Assembly (NCBI RefSeq): GCF_009914755.1
Contig: NC_060944.1
Length of the DNA stretch: 64,000 nt
Origin: the human T2T-CHM13v2.0 reference genome, Homo sapiens
Direction: 5' to 3' (one strand)
How positions within the stretch are numbered: the first letter of the stretch is position 1; the number at the start of each line of letters is the position of its first letter. The notes under the pieces were generated by a model. That model was not told the origin of the DNA. It saw only the letters and a program-made list of their open reading frames with translations, and searched no databases. Positions 1 to 26,661 of this stretch are shown here, in pieces. The position numbers and the translations under genes were made by a program.

Positions 1-649
1 ACTCCACACAGGCAGTGGCCCCAGATGGGAATTGTTATTTTTCTCCTCATCACTGTTATAACAAAGTGACATTGAACAGAACAATGTAATTTGAAGAAAT
101 GCTATATAAAACTCTACCGCAAATCTCATTACACATAAAGTTGTAAGACCAAAGGCAAAGAATCAGTCTTCCTATCAACCGGAAGTTACTGAAGATTCCC
201 ATGAGTTCTACTGGGAAAATAAGGTTCTGATCCACAGGGCTGTCCAATCACCAGTACAACATTCAGCTAATTAAATGCTCACCTAATTCTTTCCCTGAGT
301 TTGTGAATCGAATTTACTAGGTAGTTAAGGACAGAAAAGTAGTCCTGTTGTGAAGGACTTTTTTGTTTATCCTCTTCAAGGGAAAAGCAGAGCTGAAGGC
401 TGGGCCAAAATCTTAAGAAGTCAGCTGCCTGGAATGTCCAGACAAGCAGCTGAATACCAATTCTTAGGCCACCTGACCTTGAAGCCTATCACATTCAATT
501 TACGCTTGTTTGATAACTGTTTTTAAAAGGTAATACATGTACATAGTAATAAAAACCAAGTCTCCTTCCTACCTTCATCCCCTGCCAACCCGTTCCTCTC
601 CCAAAGACAACCTCAGCTACTAGTTTCTTAGGAATCCTTCCACATATAA

Positions 650-1090
<441 letters not shown>

Positions 1091-1963
1091 TGATATTGGA
1101 ATGGAAGGATGGAAGTGAAGAAATCTCAACTCCAACTCTGTGTTTCATCCACAGACACCCCAGTGAAAACTTTTGGACACCAGAGATAATAGATTACTAC
1201 TAACTTATTTGACCATTATTAGGGTGACATCTGATTGACGCTGAATTCAACCAGTTAGTTTATCTGGCAATTTTTCCTATTCTAAAAATGACTAACAGGA
1301 AGAAAGAAAGAAAAAAAAACTTAAATAGCAAAAACGGACAAGTGCTATAATTAACAGTTAACACAACTACGTGCCAGGCACTATGCCAAGTGATTTGGAT
1401 GCATTATTTTTCCTAATTTTTACAACAACTCCATGAAGCTGATACTTGTGTCCTTACTGTCCTCATTTCACAGGTGAGAAAATTGAGTCCTAGAGAAGTA
1501 ACTTGCCCAATGATACAAACCTAGTAAGTGCTAAAACTGAGATCTGAACCTAGACAATCTGATCCCAGAGTCCTACGAAGGTTTTTGTTGTTTTTGCCTC
1601 CTTTAATGATTAGAACAAACCCTCCAGGATCTATTGACCCTATTTTTCATTCAGTCCTCACAAGTACAGTAATTTAAGCTTCAAAACTAGCATCATATTA
1701 GAAATAGCACATCAGGAAAAAAAAAGACTGGCTAACTGGAGGCAAGCATACCTATAACAAGAGTAACTGCTAGCAGCCTAGTAGGAAAAGAGGAAATGAA
1801 AAATTTATTTAATAGAGACACGAAAAAAATAACAGAGCAATTGAGGTTCAACAGGTACAACTCAGAGACAATAGTCTGGCAAAATACAGTTAAGAGTTAT
1901 CAGGACATCCTGAATCATTCAGAAAAGACTGAAGTATGTTGAATGGTAAAAGAAAACTAAATA

Positions 1964-2690
<727 letters not shown>

Positions 2691-2823
2691 TCATTAAGTA
2701 AGCTATTTCACAATACAGCTCACTTTAACTCACATCATGGGTGTATACCCTCATAATAAATGCCTAAATTTAACATTGAGAGGTCAAATTACATTTTGCC
2801 ACTGATTTAAAGTCATAATGTCA

Positions 2824-3718
<895 letters not shown>

Positions 3719-6700
3719 CTGATGATGTTCTTAAACCCACAATTTATTATTTAGGTTTTAAGCTTCACAGTACTATCCTTGTCTCTCAGTGATTCCAGTG
3801 GCTCATACATAATACTGATCTCTTTTACATATAAGAAAGGCAAATAACGCAGCTAGCAAAGTAAAGAAAAAAAGGAGTGTTCAAACCTGGCGTGCAAATA
3901 TCTCTAAAAGGCAAGCATGGAGACGGGACAAAGGAAGAAAATGTCACTCACTAGGAATATCAAATAATAAAGGGCTGAAGCTATCAATCCTGCCTTATAG
4001 AAAATAATAATAATGATTACTACCATTTACTATGTTCTGTAATGTGAGACTTGTCACTGTAAGATGCATTTACATTCATTCTGTCTCTCAGGACATTATA
4101 ACTGTCCCCGTTTCACAGAAAAGAAAACACACTCTGAAGAGGTTAAGTAACTTAAGGTTGCACGGTAGAGAAGAAAGAAGCTGGAATGAAGCCTGAGCTC
4201 CCCCCTTTTTCTCCCATTCTGTGATAGCACCAAGAACCTCTTCCTGCTAAATAAGACAAATCGGAAGGCAACAACACTGTCTGTAGAGTTCAAAGGAATA
4301 GGAGAGTTTCCTAGCTATGATTTCCTCCTGTCAGCCTAAATGTGGGAGGGAAGATTCTTGTTATTCCTGATGCTGACCTCCTGCCAGGTACTGGCAGCTC
4401 TGAGCATCCTGTCTCGCTCACTCTGCTTGGGCCCTCTGACAATGCCAGTTGTGTTTTGGCCTTGTTTCTCCCACATGATAGTTTATAAGCTGCTTAGAGT
4501 AGATCTGATTTTGAATTAATAAAGACTAGCAGGCACTTGGGCAGGTTCGTCACTCTGGCTGCTATGAAGGAATCCCAAAGGGGACTTTCACACAGCATGT
4601 TTCCCTTACTCTGTCACCAGCTGAGGCCAAGAAAGCAGAGCCTAGATGGCTACACTCAAGCCCCAGCAGTGTGCTAATGAATGAGTTTATTGATCTGTAA
4701 GCTGGCACACTGACCCTTTTCCAGGGCTGTGTACATGGCTATCTCCACCTGGTTTCCCAAACTCCCTCACTATGAAGCCTAACCCTCCTGGGGGGAGCAT
4801 GAGGGCCACAGGACAGCCTGTGGGCAAACAGACAAGTTGGGTGAGGCACTTCCTGAAGCCATCTCACCTGACAACGAGCCTCCTCCAAGAGCTACACCTG
4901 GCCTGCAGCTTGCCTGTCAGATCCACTATAAAGAATAAGCCCCTGGGTACCAGGTATCAGCGCACTTAGGGTATGCAATGCTGGTAAAATGCTGCTGCAT
5001 AGGCCTTTGGTTTGGGCAAGAAAGCTACAAGCGTGGGTGTTTGAACACTGCAACTCTGGCTGGGGGAGGGCAAAAGAGGATGTGCACATGGCCAGGGCTC
5101 ACCATGTATAGCAGGCCTGGGGTTGCTGGAATCCAGCAGAAGCCTGAATGCCCTACAGCTACATCAAAAGTGCTGTGGTGGTTTTAAAGAGCCTCTGCAG
5201 AGGCTGCCAGTGTCTGCCGGTGCAGTTCTCTGGCTGCGCTGAGACTGGCACCAGTCTGCTTTCTAACCCTTTCCCATCCCCACACTTTAATTCCTTCTTT
5301 TCTTTCCCAAAGGCTTCTTCCCTTCAGCTTATGAAATCATTCCAGTGTTTCCCCATTTTAAAATAAAAAACAATTAATGCTTCCCTTCTGAACTGTTTTT
5401 CCCTCAAGCGATCATCCCCTCATTTGAAACTTCTTGAAAAGTAGTTTACAATAACTTCTTTGCCTCTTAATTACTCCTCAATCCCATATAGTCTGTTCTG
5501 GCCCCCAGAAGGCCAAGGCAACTGCTTTCCTTGACCATCCCCAGGCAACCCCCCTTCCCCCGTGATCCCATATAATCTGTACATCACCCTGTGCTAGTTT
5601 CAGGTTTACCTGTGGCCTCTCCCAGGACACAGATAGTGAGCGCCAAGAAACACGGGGCCCATCATACAGCTGGTGATCCGTAAATGTTTGCTGTGCTCAT
5701 ATGACATGTTCATACTCAGGGGAAGAGACCCCTATCCCCTGACCACCAAATAGGACAATCAGAAAGGAAGCAAAGTGTTTAGAAGGGGCAGGTAACCATA
5801 GTTAACTTCAGAGTTGTCTCGGGTCAGCCACTACTGAGTAAGTGGCCTGAGACAATTCCTTAAAATTGCCAAAACTGTCTCCCCATTTGCAAAATGAGAG
5901 AATTGGACTAGATCTGTAGTTTTTAAACTACATTCTGAGTTTCCATGGAACTACTTAACAGTCTTTTTTCAGTGGGCATGTTGTGAAGATGTGAAGCAAG
6001 CAGGTCATTCCCACCTCCTTTCATCATATTTATCATATATGGTGGCTGAGCATAAGATTTCATTTTTAAAAAGGACTCTGCTGATAAAAAGTTTGAAAAC
6101 CACTAGATCCCTCTACCTGGAAGGCTTTTTCATCCACTCTTTCACTTGCTAACTTCTACTCACCCTTTAGGTGTCAATGTAAATGTCCTCTTCAGTGAAG
6201 CCTTCCCTGACTGACCCACCCCTAAACTAAATGAGGTTCCCAGCTTCTCCCACATAGCCTTGTCACATCCTCTCATTGCACCTATCACAGTTGTATTTTA
6301 TTAGTGATTTGTTTAATGTCTCTCTTCTCACCTAAGCCCTAAGAGGGCACGAAATAAATTTGTCTGCTGTACACAGTACCTTCAATCAAGAGAATAAATG
6401 CCATAATTTTATGAATCTATGTTTAAGTAGGTACTTTAGTATTAATTAACATTAATTTAAGTATTTAATTAGTTACTTTAGTAGTTATAATTACTAAAGA
6501 GGAAAGCAACTTAATGCTTTCAGTTAGCCAGACCAGCACCTGAATTTCCTCTCCACCACATTCTAACTACTTCTTTGGGAAAGTTCTCTGACTTCTCTAA
6601 GCCCCTGATCCCTCATATGTAAAATGAGAATAAAGTAGTTGTGAGCATGTGTGAAATAATGTATGTAAATAAATAAATGATAATATACATAAAACACCTA

Positions 6701-7165
6701 GTAGTAATTGTATTTATGAAATACCTGACTTTAAAATAATCTTTAAAAACAGACTACATTTTACTCCCTCTCCATCGTACCTCCATCATAGGTATGTTCC
6801 AATTTTATTTGTTCCATTCCATTTTGTAAAATTAATTTCTGCACTGAGAAGGTACTAGTGCTCCATGACAATTTGAAAAGGGGAGTCTCTACAAATCTGT
6901 TAACACTTACAATGCCAACACAAATTCCAACTACATAAATCTCCCTGCCCAGAAGGGAAGGTTTCAAAGCAGAGATAATACCTGAATTGGATACTGAAGG
7001 AAAAACAGGAATTTGTCAAGTGGAGAGGCGGGGGAAGGGCCTTCTAGGCAGAAGAAACTTTGTGCAGAAGACTTGATATTTCTACTACATAGTTTTGCTT
7101 TTTCTTGCAGAGAAGGGAGTAGTGATGGTAATAGTGCCTAAAATAGCAACAAATGAGACTAGTAA

Positions 7166-7555
<390 letters not shown>

Positions 7556-7766
7556 TAAGGAGTGAGTGCATGTGTGTGCGTGTGTGTGTGTCTGTTTGTG
7601 TACTGACCCCATTTGTACTGAGAAGGCCAATGGAATGGGGATAGGGAAGCTAGAGGCCAAAGACCACTTTTCAAGTACTGTTGGTTGCAACTCAGTGAAA
7701 TCAATTTAGTGGGTGACATTATCAATGTCTGTTTAAAATGAATTCAAATGGAATAGAAAATATCAG

Positions 7767-7924
7767 GGGTTCCCTCTCTCAGCCTTGGAGCCTCCTCCCT
7801 CTGTCTCTGTACAGGGGAGCTGCTTCTTTCTTCCTTCCCCCTTCTTTCTTTTCTTTCTTGCCTATTAAACTCCTTGCTCCTTAAAACTAAAAAAAAAAAA
7901 AAAAAAAAGAAAGAAAGAAAGAAA
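7767..7924 (+). mobile_element. Retroposed 3' end of an ERV1-like LTR with poly(A) tail and TSD
   Basis: LTR-like text (...ttcttgcctATTAAActccttgctcc), poly(A) from 7889, TSD AGAAAATATCAG at 7755-7766 and 7925-7936. Confidence 0.7.
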
Positions 7925-8499
7925 AGAAAATATCAGAGATTACCTGACATTATAAGGATAAATTTTACAGAACTTCTGTATCAGATTCATGTGTCCATTC
8001 TGGTCACAAAGTAACATGCATTTGTTACGATGGGTCAGAGTCAAAAAAATTTTGAGTTAGGTGACTGAGCAGGTGAAGGGGTGAGAGAAGAGACAAATGA
8101 GGGCTCCCAGGTTTCTGGTGTGGGCATGATGCCAGTGGCCAAGACAGGATATAGGGGAGGAGGCCTGCTTTTATCAAGTCCACGTGGGGATGCTAGACAG
8201 CGCAGACAGTGGCCTCTCTCAGCATTTTTTCAGCAGCCACAGTCAATACTAATCTTGTTCAGCAAAGACAATGAACACATAGTCATTGCAGCTGCAAGCT
8301 CAAGTGAGTATACAACTGATAAGGGTCCTCTAGGAGCTGGAGGGTGTCCCAGTCCTAAATCCTAAACCACAGAAAAACTGTGAAACTAAAAAAATCAGAC
8401 AGGATAAGTGAAACACCATTTCCTCCAGGGAACTAACAGGGTGTGAGAAATCTTGTCCTTATTCTAAGAGTCAACAGGGAACCCTTACCCTTGGGAACC

Positions 8500-12650
<4,151 letters not shown>

Positions 12651-13119
12651 CAGGCGAAAAAAATCAGGGCTCTAGGGAGCTGCAGCTGAATAAGAAAGCA
12701 TATTGTACTTACTGAAAGGCTGTTCATCACCCCCCCAGAAATGACAAAACTGGGAAGGGCTTCTCCTTGGTTTCAGATCCCACAAATTAGTTCTGTGCTC
12801 AGACATCAAAGCCTCTCAATTCTCACTCAGCTAAGAAAAGCCTCCTGCTGGATGAGGGGTCTCCCACTGAATGTGCCCGCCTTATTACATAACAGGGAGA
12901 AAAGCCAGAGCAAGAGGAAGATGCAAAAAGAGAATAAGTGGGGAATTTGGGCCCTTATGGTAGAATCTGTCCTTTGGGGCAATGACTCAAGAAAGAAGCG
13001 CTATCCTCTGCTTTTCAGCAACCATCAAGGTACATGATGTACTAAATGATAACAAAGAGGGGTCACTAGGAGATAACACATAGGCCCGGACCCCCATGAG
13101 GTACATTAACAGCACCAAT

Positions 13120-13610
13120 AATAAAGAGCTGTAATTCACTGCGGGCTTACTATGTGCCAGATGTTCTACTGGGTTCTTTACATCCATGAGCTCAATGAAT
13201 CCTCCCAATAACCCTGAGGTAGGCATTGATATTATCCCAAATTGACAGGTAAGAAAACTGACTCAGAGAGACCAAGACAATTGCTGTTCAAGGTCATACA
13301 GCTATGAAAAGAGACACCTGAGATCAAATTCAGATCTACTTGATTCCAAACACTGTGTTCTTAATCCTGCTCTAACAGCCTCTCTAATACCACTATCAGA
13401 AACTAACTCACTAAGGGCCCATCTGCATACCAGATCTACTGCAAGCCATGTCAATACATTATCTCACTCAATCCTCACTTTAACCCTGGAGGGAAGCATT
13501 ATAATCCTCATTTTAGAGATGAGGAAACAGACTCAAACTAAGTAACGTGTGGGCAGCCACAATATTAACAAGCTAGTGGCAGGGCTGCAGTTTGAATCCA
13601 AGTCTGTCAC
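13120..13610 (-). mobile_element. MIR elements (similar degenerate MIRs at ~1340-1575, 14390-14630, 42760-42990)
   Basis: MIR core text such as ctcattttagagatgaggaaacagactca, aaggtcatacagcta and tttgaatccaagtctg. Confidence 0.65.
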
Positions 13611-15031
13611 AAAGTGACACCAAAATACTTTGGTGAGCTTACTGGGAGGTGCCTAGCAGCTGTCAAGTCGACTTCCTCTCAGAGCCCAGCAGGAGGGAGC
13701 TGAAGGCTGGCCTGGCCAGCCATACAGCTATTAAGACACATGCCATCTGAGAATGGGCCAACCACCCTCCACCTAGACAAGAATAGCCCTGAGAAACTCT
13801 GAAGCCCGGATCTGAAGTTGGGTCTTTTTTGGATGCTAGAACAAAACATTAAAAAGAAAAATTTTCTTGGAAGTCTGTCTTTCAATCTGGAAAATGAAAT
13901 TTGGCTGCTTCTAAAGGACAATCTGTTCAATTGCTACCTCTACATCAAAGCTTCTCAGCAGCCTCCAGGAGCCTTTCCAATTTTCTCAGAGAGGGAATCA
14001 GTTCTTGGGCTGGAAAGCACAGACAGACAGGCCAGCAGCTGGACTTGGGTCACCATTTCCCCTTCTGGGGTCACCTCAGGGCTGAGGGTGGGAAAAGTGC
14101 TGGCATATGATTGAGTCCCTATACACACTGGTGTCAGAACAGAAACCCACAGGGTAAAGCCCTAAAAAGTAACACCATTGACTGTTGACTGTGAACTATG
14201 CAAAAATACAGCAGATTCTTTAGTTCAATGAAATGCATTTAAACACTTCAAAGTTAAAACCTGCTGTAGTATTTTGCCATGATCACACTCTTGCTCCAAT
14301 GCACATTCAGTGCTTTAGTTTCTGAAGCTAGGCACTTTCTTTCTTGACATCAAGTTGGATACAATTAAATAGTTCATTACTGTTATGGGGTGGCAGCATA
14401 ACACAGTTGTACATTTAATGTGGGGTCAGACTGCCTGATTCAATTCTTTGACTCTACCTCTCACTCACTATGTGACACTGGGTAAAATTACTCAATTTTC
14501 TTCTCTGTAAAAATGAGAAAAACAAGATAACTGACCTTGTAAGATTTTTGTGAGAATGAGATAAGGCCTATAAAATGTTTAGCAAAATGGTTAGTATTAA
14601 GTTAGTAGGTACTCAATAAATATTCACTATTGTTGGTTTTCAGCAAATTATTTAAATAGTAGAATTGAAATTATCTTTGAAAAACCCCACTAATTATTTC
14701 AGATTGTATCAGTGATAAACCTCAACCACAGACTCAGAATGTATTCATTAAGGAGCCTCCTCTCCAAGGCCTCCAGTCTCTTAAGGGTTAAAGACAAAGC
14801 AGTCTGCAGACAACACTGTGGAATTCAACAGGAGCTCTACTGATTGACCACCTCTGCTCCAAAGTGCTCTTCACAGCAAACATCTCTAAAAGACCAGTCA
14901 GCAAACCGCAGTGTACTCATCAGTGCAACATGCTCAGACAAAAGACATCCTCAAAATATCTAAGAAACAGCGGGCTGCTGAATTCTCAGGACTCCAAAAG
15001 TTAAGCCCTAAAATACCACAAGTCCAAGTGA

Positions 15032-15268
<237 letters not shown>

Positions 15269-16176
15269 TAATTATTTGAAAGATATTTGTCATCTTCTGC
15301 ATCCAGATGGTATATTCCAGATTTGTTCCCTTTTTATTCACTAGCCACAGTTTGGAAGCACTTTGGTTTGATATGAAAACTTAATCTACCCACAAATGAC
15401 AAAGATGGGCCACAACAGAATGTAATAAAAATGAACATGCTATAGGTCTCAAAAGGAAATTCTCAAATTGAGTCTCAGAAAACCTGAAGAGTAGCGTTAC
15501 TAAAAAATTTACTTTCTCCCTAGGTAACTACTTCAAAGACTAAGCTAAGACAAAGCTCACCAATAGATTCACACTATAATTAGTATAAACATCAGTTTCC
15601 AATACTAATAGAAAATCTCACAGAGGTAGTTTGCATTTAAATATAACAAAATACAAAAAATATTAAAATGAATTACATTTTCTAATTTGCAATTACACTC
15701 ATTCACAGACAATATGTTATAGTGGAGAAATCCCTGGATTTTAAACCAGACAACACAGGTTCAAGGCTTGGCTAGGCAACCCTGGGTGAGTCACTTAGCC
15801 CCTTTGAGCCTCAACTGTTTCTGAAAACAAAATAAAACAAAATGAAAACAGTAATACAAGCCCTTCCTAGCCCACAATATTTTGTAACTCCTAAATGAGA
15901 CAAATATAAAACCATACTATATGAGCTAATAGTATAAAACAGTTATTTATAAACTTTTCTTAAGTTTTATAAGTAGTTTACACCAGGCTATGAATTGAAA
16001 CATGATATGTTAAATACGTAAAAAGTCTTATTATTCAATACTACAATATTAACTGAAGAACCTTCAATAATGAACAGCTGGCCAAGACAAAGTTATCTAG
16101 TAAACATCCTTTCAAAATAATTCTAAGAAATTTCTGAGTTATTTATTGAATCAAATATAAAATAGACATTAAATAG

Positions 16177-18880
<2,704 letters not shown>

Positions 18881-19040
18881 AGAAGTTTTTTAAAGAGAAA
18901 AATAGACAGTTTGGATTATATGCTTTGTGCAGGAAAAACTGTTTCACTAGGGACTAAAAAAACCTATCCTATTAAAACACAACCATAAAAATGAAATGTA
19001 GATTTGTTCTCCTTTTCAGTACTATCAAACAATAACTTAC

Positions 19041-19113
19041 TTAGAAAGAATTCCTCGAAGTCAGTTTTCTCCACACAGCTAGTATACATGCGCAGGGCCG
19101 CAATCTTAATCTT
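19041..19113 (-). CDS. UQCC1: UQCC1 exon 5 (KIKIAALRMY...EFFL-R, 73 nt, phase 0-1)
   Basis: Acceptor ctctttgtctag, donor gtaagt, open frame. Confidence 0.96.
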
Positions 19114-20409
19114 CTAGACAAAGAGAATAAAACCAAACTCAAGACATGACCAAGTGGATGTTCTACTTCCATTAGACATGGGTCACAAAATCTTATATTT
19201 CTTCAACTAGAAGGAAGGGTCCAAACCACTCTCTAGGTAATTTAAACCAATATAAATTTTTTTTGTTTTCTTAGAGCTTAGCCATTCATACAGACTTCAC
19301 ACAATTTTCATATTTTAGGACTTTAGCATGAAAACCTCAGAAAGGCTTTTCCAATATTTAAATGAAATCTCTCATTTAATTCCAACCTACTTCACCACAT
19401 TTGTGCCTCTAAATCACTGTTCAGCATTATCCACATTAACTCTTTAGAATCTGAAATCCTTTATAGTAAAAAAGTACACATTCTTCTGGCCAAAATCAAA
19501 GAAATATACAAAAACCCTCAAGCCTTTAATCTTTCCTCAGAGGCACTACTATCTATTCTATAAATCTCGGGGGATGGAGTAAGCGGTATCTTTTTTCCAG
19601 ATCTTTAATTTTATAGTTTGCTGATTAACACTGTGTCTGTAAATAAGGGTTTCTAATGACTGTAAAATACAATATAAGAATCAAACTTTTACTATTCCCA
19701 AAGCACTAGGAATTCTCTTAGGCTTTTGATATGAGTGGTGGTTTTAATTTTTTCACTGAGCTGTATACTTAAGATTTTTATATTACACTGTATATAAATT
19801 ATGCCTTAATAAAAATAAATCTAAAAATAAATTATTTAAGAGTTGACTTATGGGTCTGAAGACCAACTCAGCACTCTAGGAACAGGTATTTTAAGGACTT
19901 TCAAAACATTTCATTAAGGATATAACTAAATAAATGAGCACTTCAACAAGGCTTCTAGAAGCTTATTTTTTCTTATAACAACAGGGAAAGTTATAAACTC
20001 AAATATGCATAGACCAAAAACAAATGTGTACAGGCTGAGAATGACATAGCAACTGAAGAAAAACCAATCTAGAATTTAGTGGAGCTATGATACTAAGGTT
20101 TAAAGTCACCAAGAACATACTATACCCAAAACTATATAATGTTCATGTTTTTCTAAATTCTCTAGAGTTAAAGCAAGTGTCTCTGATGGGTAGAAATACC
20201 CATAGCAAATTAAAGAATGATTACGTCTCTGATTGTAATTAAGATATTTTATTTGCTAACTTGAGATCTGTCATGTTTTTAAGAGCTTCCAGTCTAAAGT
20301 TAATACAGGGGAAAATAGGACATATAGAAATAGACAAATAAAAATCAGATATCCCTATCTGGGGAGTAAATCAGCATTAGAAGCCCACGTTTAAACAAAA
20401 CCCATGGTG

Positions 20410-22170
<1,761 letters not shown>

Positions 22171-23185
22171 GTTTAATTTTGTTAACACTTGCAGTTCTAG
22201 GAAGTATCTGACCACAGAACACATCTTGGGAAGCACTGGTCTGTGCCATTACCAAACTAATGATAATCTAATAATATCATGATCCTAATAATTTGGCCTT
22301 GACAGGCCTACTCCTATCCTTAAGACAGGGAGTTCAGGACATCTGCCCTAGCTCCTCACTTCATCCAATAATTCACTGAGTACATAACTCAGTGCCTGGC
22401 ACTGATCTGGATGATGAGAATAGAGCAGTGGGCAAAACAGACAAAAATCTCTACTCTCATGGAGCTTACGGCCCAGTTCAGCTACAGACAAGTATGTAAC
22501 TTTAACTAAAATTTCTAATCATCTATTTCTTGATTTTTTTAAATCTTGTAATCTCCTTCAGATTCCTATATATAAAGTCCTGGGTTCATAATTAATCACC
22601 TTGCCTGGAGACTTGCCTTCAAGGCCCAAGGCCCAAGTCTTTCCTTGAGAAGGAAGCTTCCCCAACAACACGTTTGTGAAAAAGCATTCATCACAAACAA
22701 TGAAGACTTCACCAGATTGGCCAGAGTATGTTTTCAGTGCTCATGCTATGGCAATCAGGAGCATTTTATAGTTCTTCACTTTTCCTGCTGCAAGGCCAAG
22801 CCTTTATACTTGGGTGAGCCATTTTCCTGGACAAATCTCTAAAACAAGTCTCTAAAGACTATCACACAGAGACTGGAAATAATAACTTGAGGAAAGAACC
22901 TCATCAAGAATCATGCACTGATCTGAGTTAAGGACGTAGGGGGACTGAATTTTCAACCAGTCAATACAAGTTGTTCTGGTCCTTGGATGACTTCATATTT
23001 ATTTCATTTTAATTTTAGAAGACTTCATCAGTCATCTTTTACTTGAGTAAAAGAGAGGCACCTTGAACAGCTTTAGGAAATGAAAATCTGCTCTCCCACG
23101 AACTAATGCATTTTTTAACATCCTACAGGATGAAAAACAAATCTAGTAAAATGCTTGCATTAACAGCTATGTAAGAGTTTGAAAG

Positions 23186-24690
<1,505 letters not shown>

Positions 24691-25632
24691 AATGAAGGTT
24701 ATAGAAAGTACACACCATCACATCACAAGAGTTTTAAAATGCAAACATTAGGGATTTAGTTGATGTCACAAGGGAACCAAGAAAAATCAGAGGCTAACTT
24801 AGGCTAAAAGAGCAAAGGAATTTTCCTGATGATTTAGTAATCCTCCAAATGATAGCCAATTTTCTCTCTAGAATCATTAAAAAACAGCCTAGACAAAACA
24901 TATGGTAGCAACCAAGTGGAACCCAATCACCAAGAAATGAATAAAACTGTAAATGTTTCTTTTCTTTTTTTTGTTTTGACTTCCCTCTTAATTTCTAATT
25001 TTCAAACAAAACATATACTTTAAGTTTGTAAATCCAAATGCCATAAGCATAACATTTTTTTAATAGGGGAAAAGATTCTGGTTAAAAACATTACCAAGTA
25101 TATCAACAATTATCAAGCGTCAAAAATTAAGATATTAAAAAATACAACTTTAAAGAACATAACTAATATTTCATTGGCAATTAAGAAGATACTTCATAAC
25201 CTTAGGGACTCAAGAACATCATTGTCAGTATTTGTGTTCTTTCTATATTTTTTCAAAGCTCCTTAAAAACAAAATGCTTGTGGAATTACTGTTCACTTTT
25301 CAGAATTCAGGTAAAAGAGTAATTATAGAGAGAAGCTCATATTTGCTGTAGTGAGAATTGTTAGAAAGAGAACCAGACACCATAAGAAGAAACCACAAGT
25401 AGAAGTCTATAATAAAATTGAAATTCTAATTTGAATCCAACTTGTTAAAATGGTGTAAGTGGCATTACTTGGTTGTTCTCAGTAAAGCTTATATATTTTC
25501 TAGAAAAATCTTCCCTACTGCTTTGAGTGGGCTTGCTTTGACTTATGACTGATTAGGCTTACCCAATATTCCAGCAACCCTGAAAGGCATTAAAAGGCAC
25601 TTCTGCCATAGTGAAAGAGAGAAATGGTATTA

Positions 25633-25853
25633 CAGGTTGAGTATTCCTTATCTGAAACGTGTGGAAACAGCAGTGTTTTGAATTTTGGATTTGGGGGGAT
25701 TTTGGATGCTTTGCATTATACTTACCAGCTGAGCATCCCAAATCCAAAAATCCAAAATGCTCCAGTGAGCATTTCCCTGGGGCATCATGTCTAAAAACTC
25801 CAAACGTTTTAGATTTTGAATTTCCAATTTTCCAATTTGGGATGCTCAACCTG
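25633..25853. mobile_element. Tigger4/MER46-like MITE
   Basis: Terminal inverted repeats caggttgagtattcc.. / ..gggatgctcaacctg. Confidence 0.75.
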
Positions 25854-26414
25854 TTCTAGGAGATAAGTGGGCTGAGAAGAACTGAATCGCTGATGTTTTA
25901 TTTCTATAATTGGTTAGAGGTATTATTATAAAAGCCCAGGGGCAGTATGCATCTGAGGCAGAGAGGACATTCATTCATTTATAGCCACTACTATTATAAC
26001 AGATAATGTGCTAGGCCAAGAGTTGACTGGGAGTGACATGGTTAACAAATATCCCTCCATAATAAGAATTACAATAGATCGTGGGCTTAATTAGTTAATA
26101 AAAAGATGATTAGTAAAATTTTAAAGAAAATCCCTTATAAAATATGGGTCCATCAGAAAGTAATGCTTCCTTAAGAATGTTGCCAATCAGAACATTTGGC
26201 CCATCTGACCCCTCAGAAGTCATCTATATGGCATACCATGCAGCAAGGGCCTGGAAAGCCCAGTCTTGTTGCCATGCCTGCTACTATGAGATGCTTCTAA
26301 GGAATCAGGTGGAGGGACTAGTTCAGCCCCACATGTTGTATAGATCTGACTGGAAGCAGCAAGAGGTTGTGGCACGTGGGCAAAGATATTTTGAAGAAGT
26401 TATCAGAATAATGT

Positions 26415-26661
26415 ATGGACCTTGAGAGCTTACTTGGGAGGTTCTGGCAGGGGAGTGCAGCTACTCATATACCCTTGATCAAAGAATGGTCCTCCTCTAT
26501 TGGAGAAGGTCATCCTCTTCAACCAAGAACACAGCTTCAAAAAGGTCGCACATAGAGTGGTCAAGGAGGAAGGGGACACCTGCCTACCCAGCCAGATCAG
26601 CCGAATCAACCCTGGTGATCAATGGGGTGACAGATGTCGCAGCTAGATCGTCCTCACATCC
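26415..26661 (-). pseudogene. 7SK snRNA retropseudogene (RN7SKP-type), 3'-truncated, no poly(A)
   Basis: Minus strand starts GGATGTGAGGACGATCTAGCTGCGACATCTGTCACCCCATTGATC..., matching the 7SK 5' end, and runs to ...AAGCTCTCAAGGTCCAT. Flanked by a 13-bp direct repeat (26405-26417 / 26662-26674, 12/13 identical). Confidence 0.93.

Noticed and set aside
6430-6500. AT-rich imperfect palindrome (ctttagtagttataattactaaag)
   Set aside because: Short and low complexity; expected by chance in AT-rich DNA.
13685-13702. CTCF-like CCAGCAGGAGGGAGC
   Set aside because: Mismatches at key core positions; not supportable without ChIP data.
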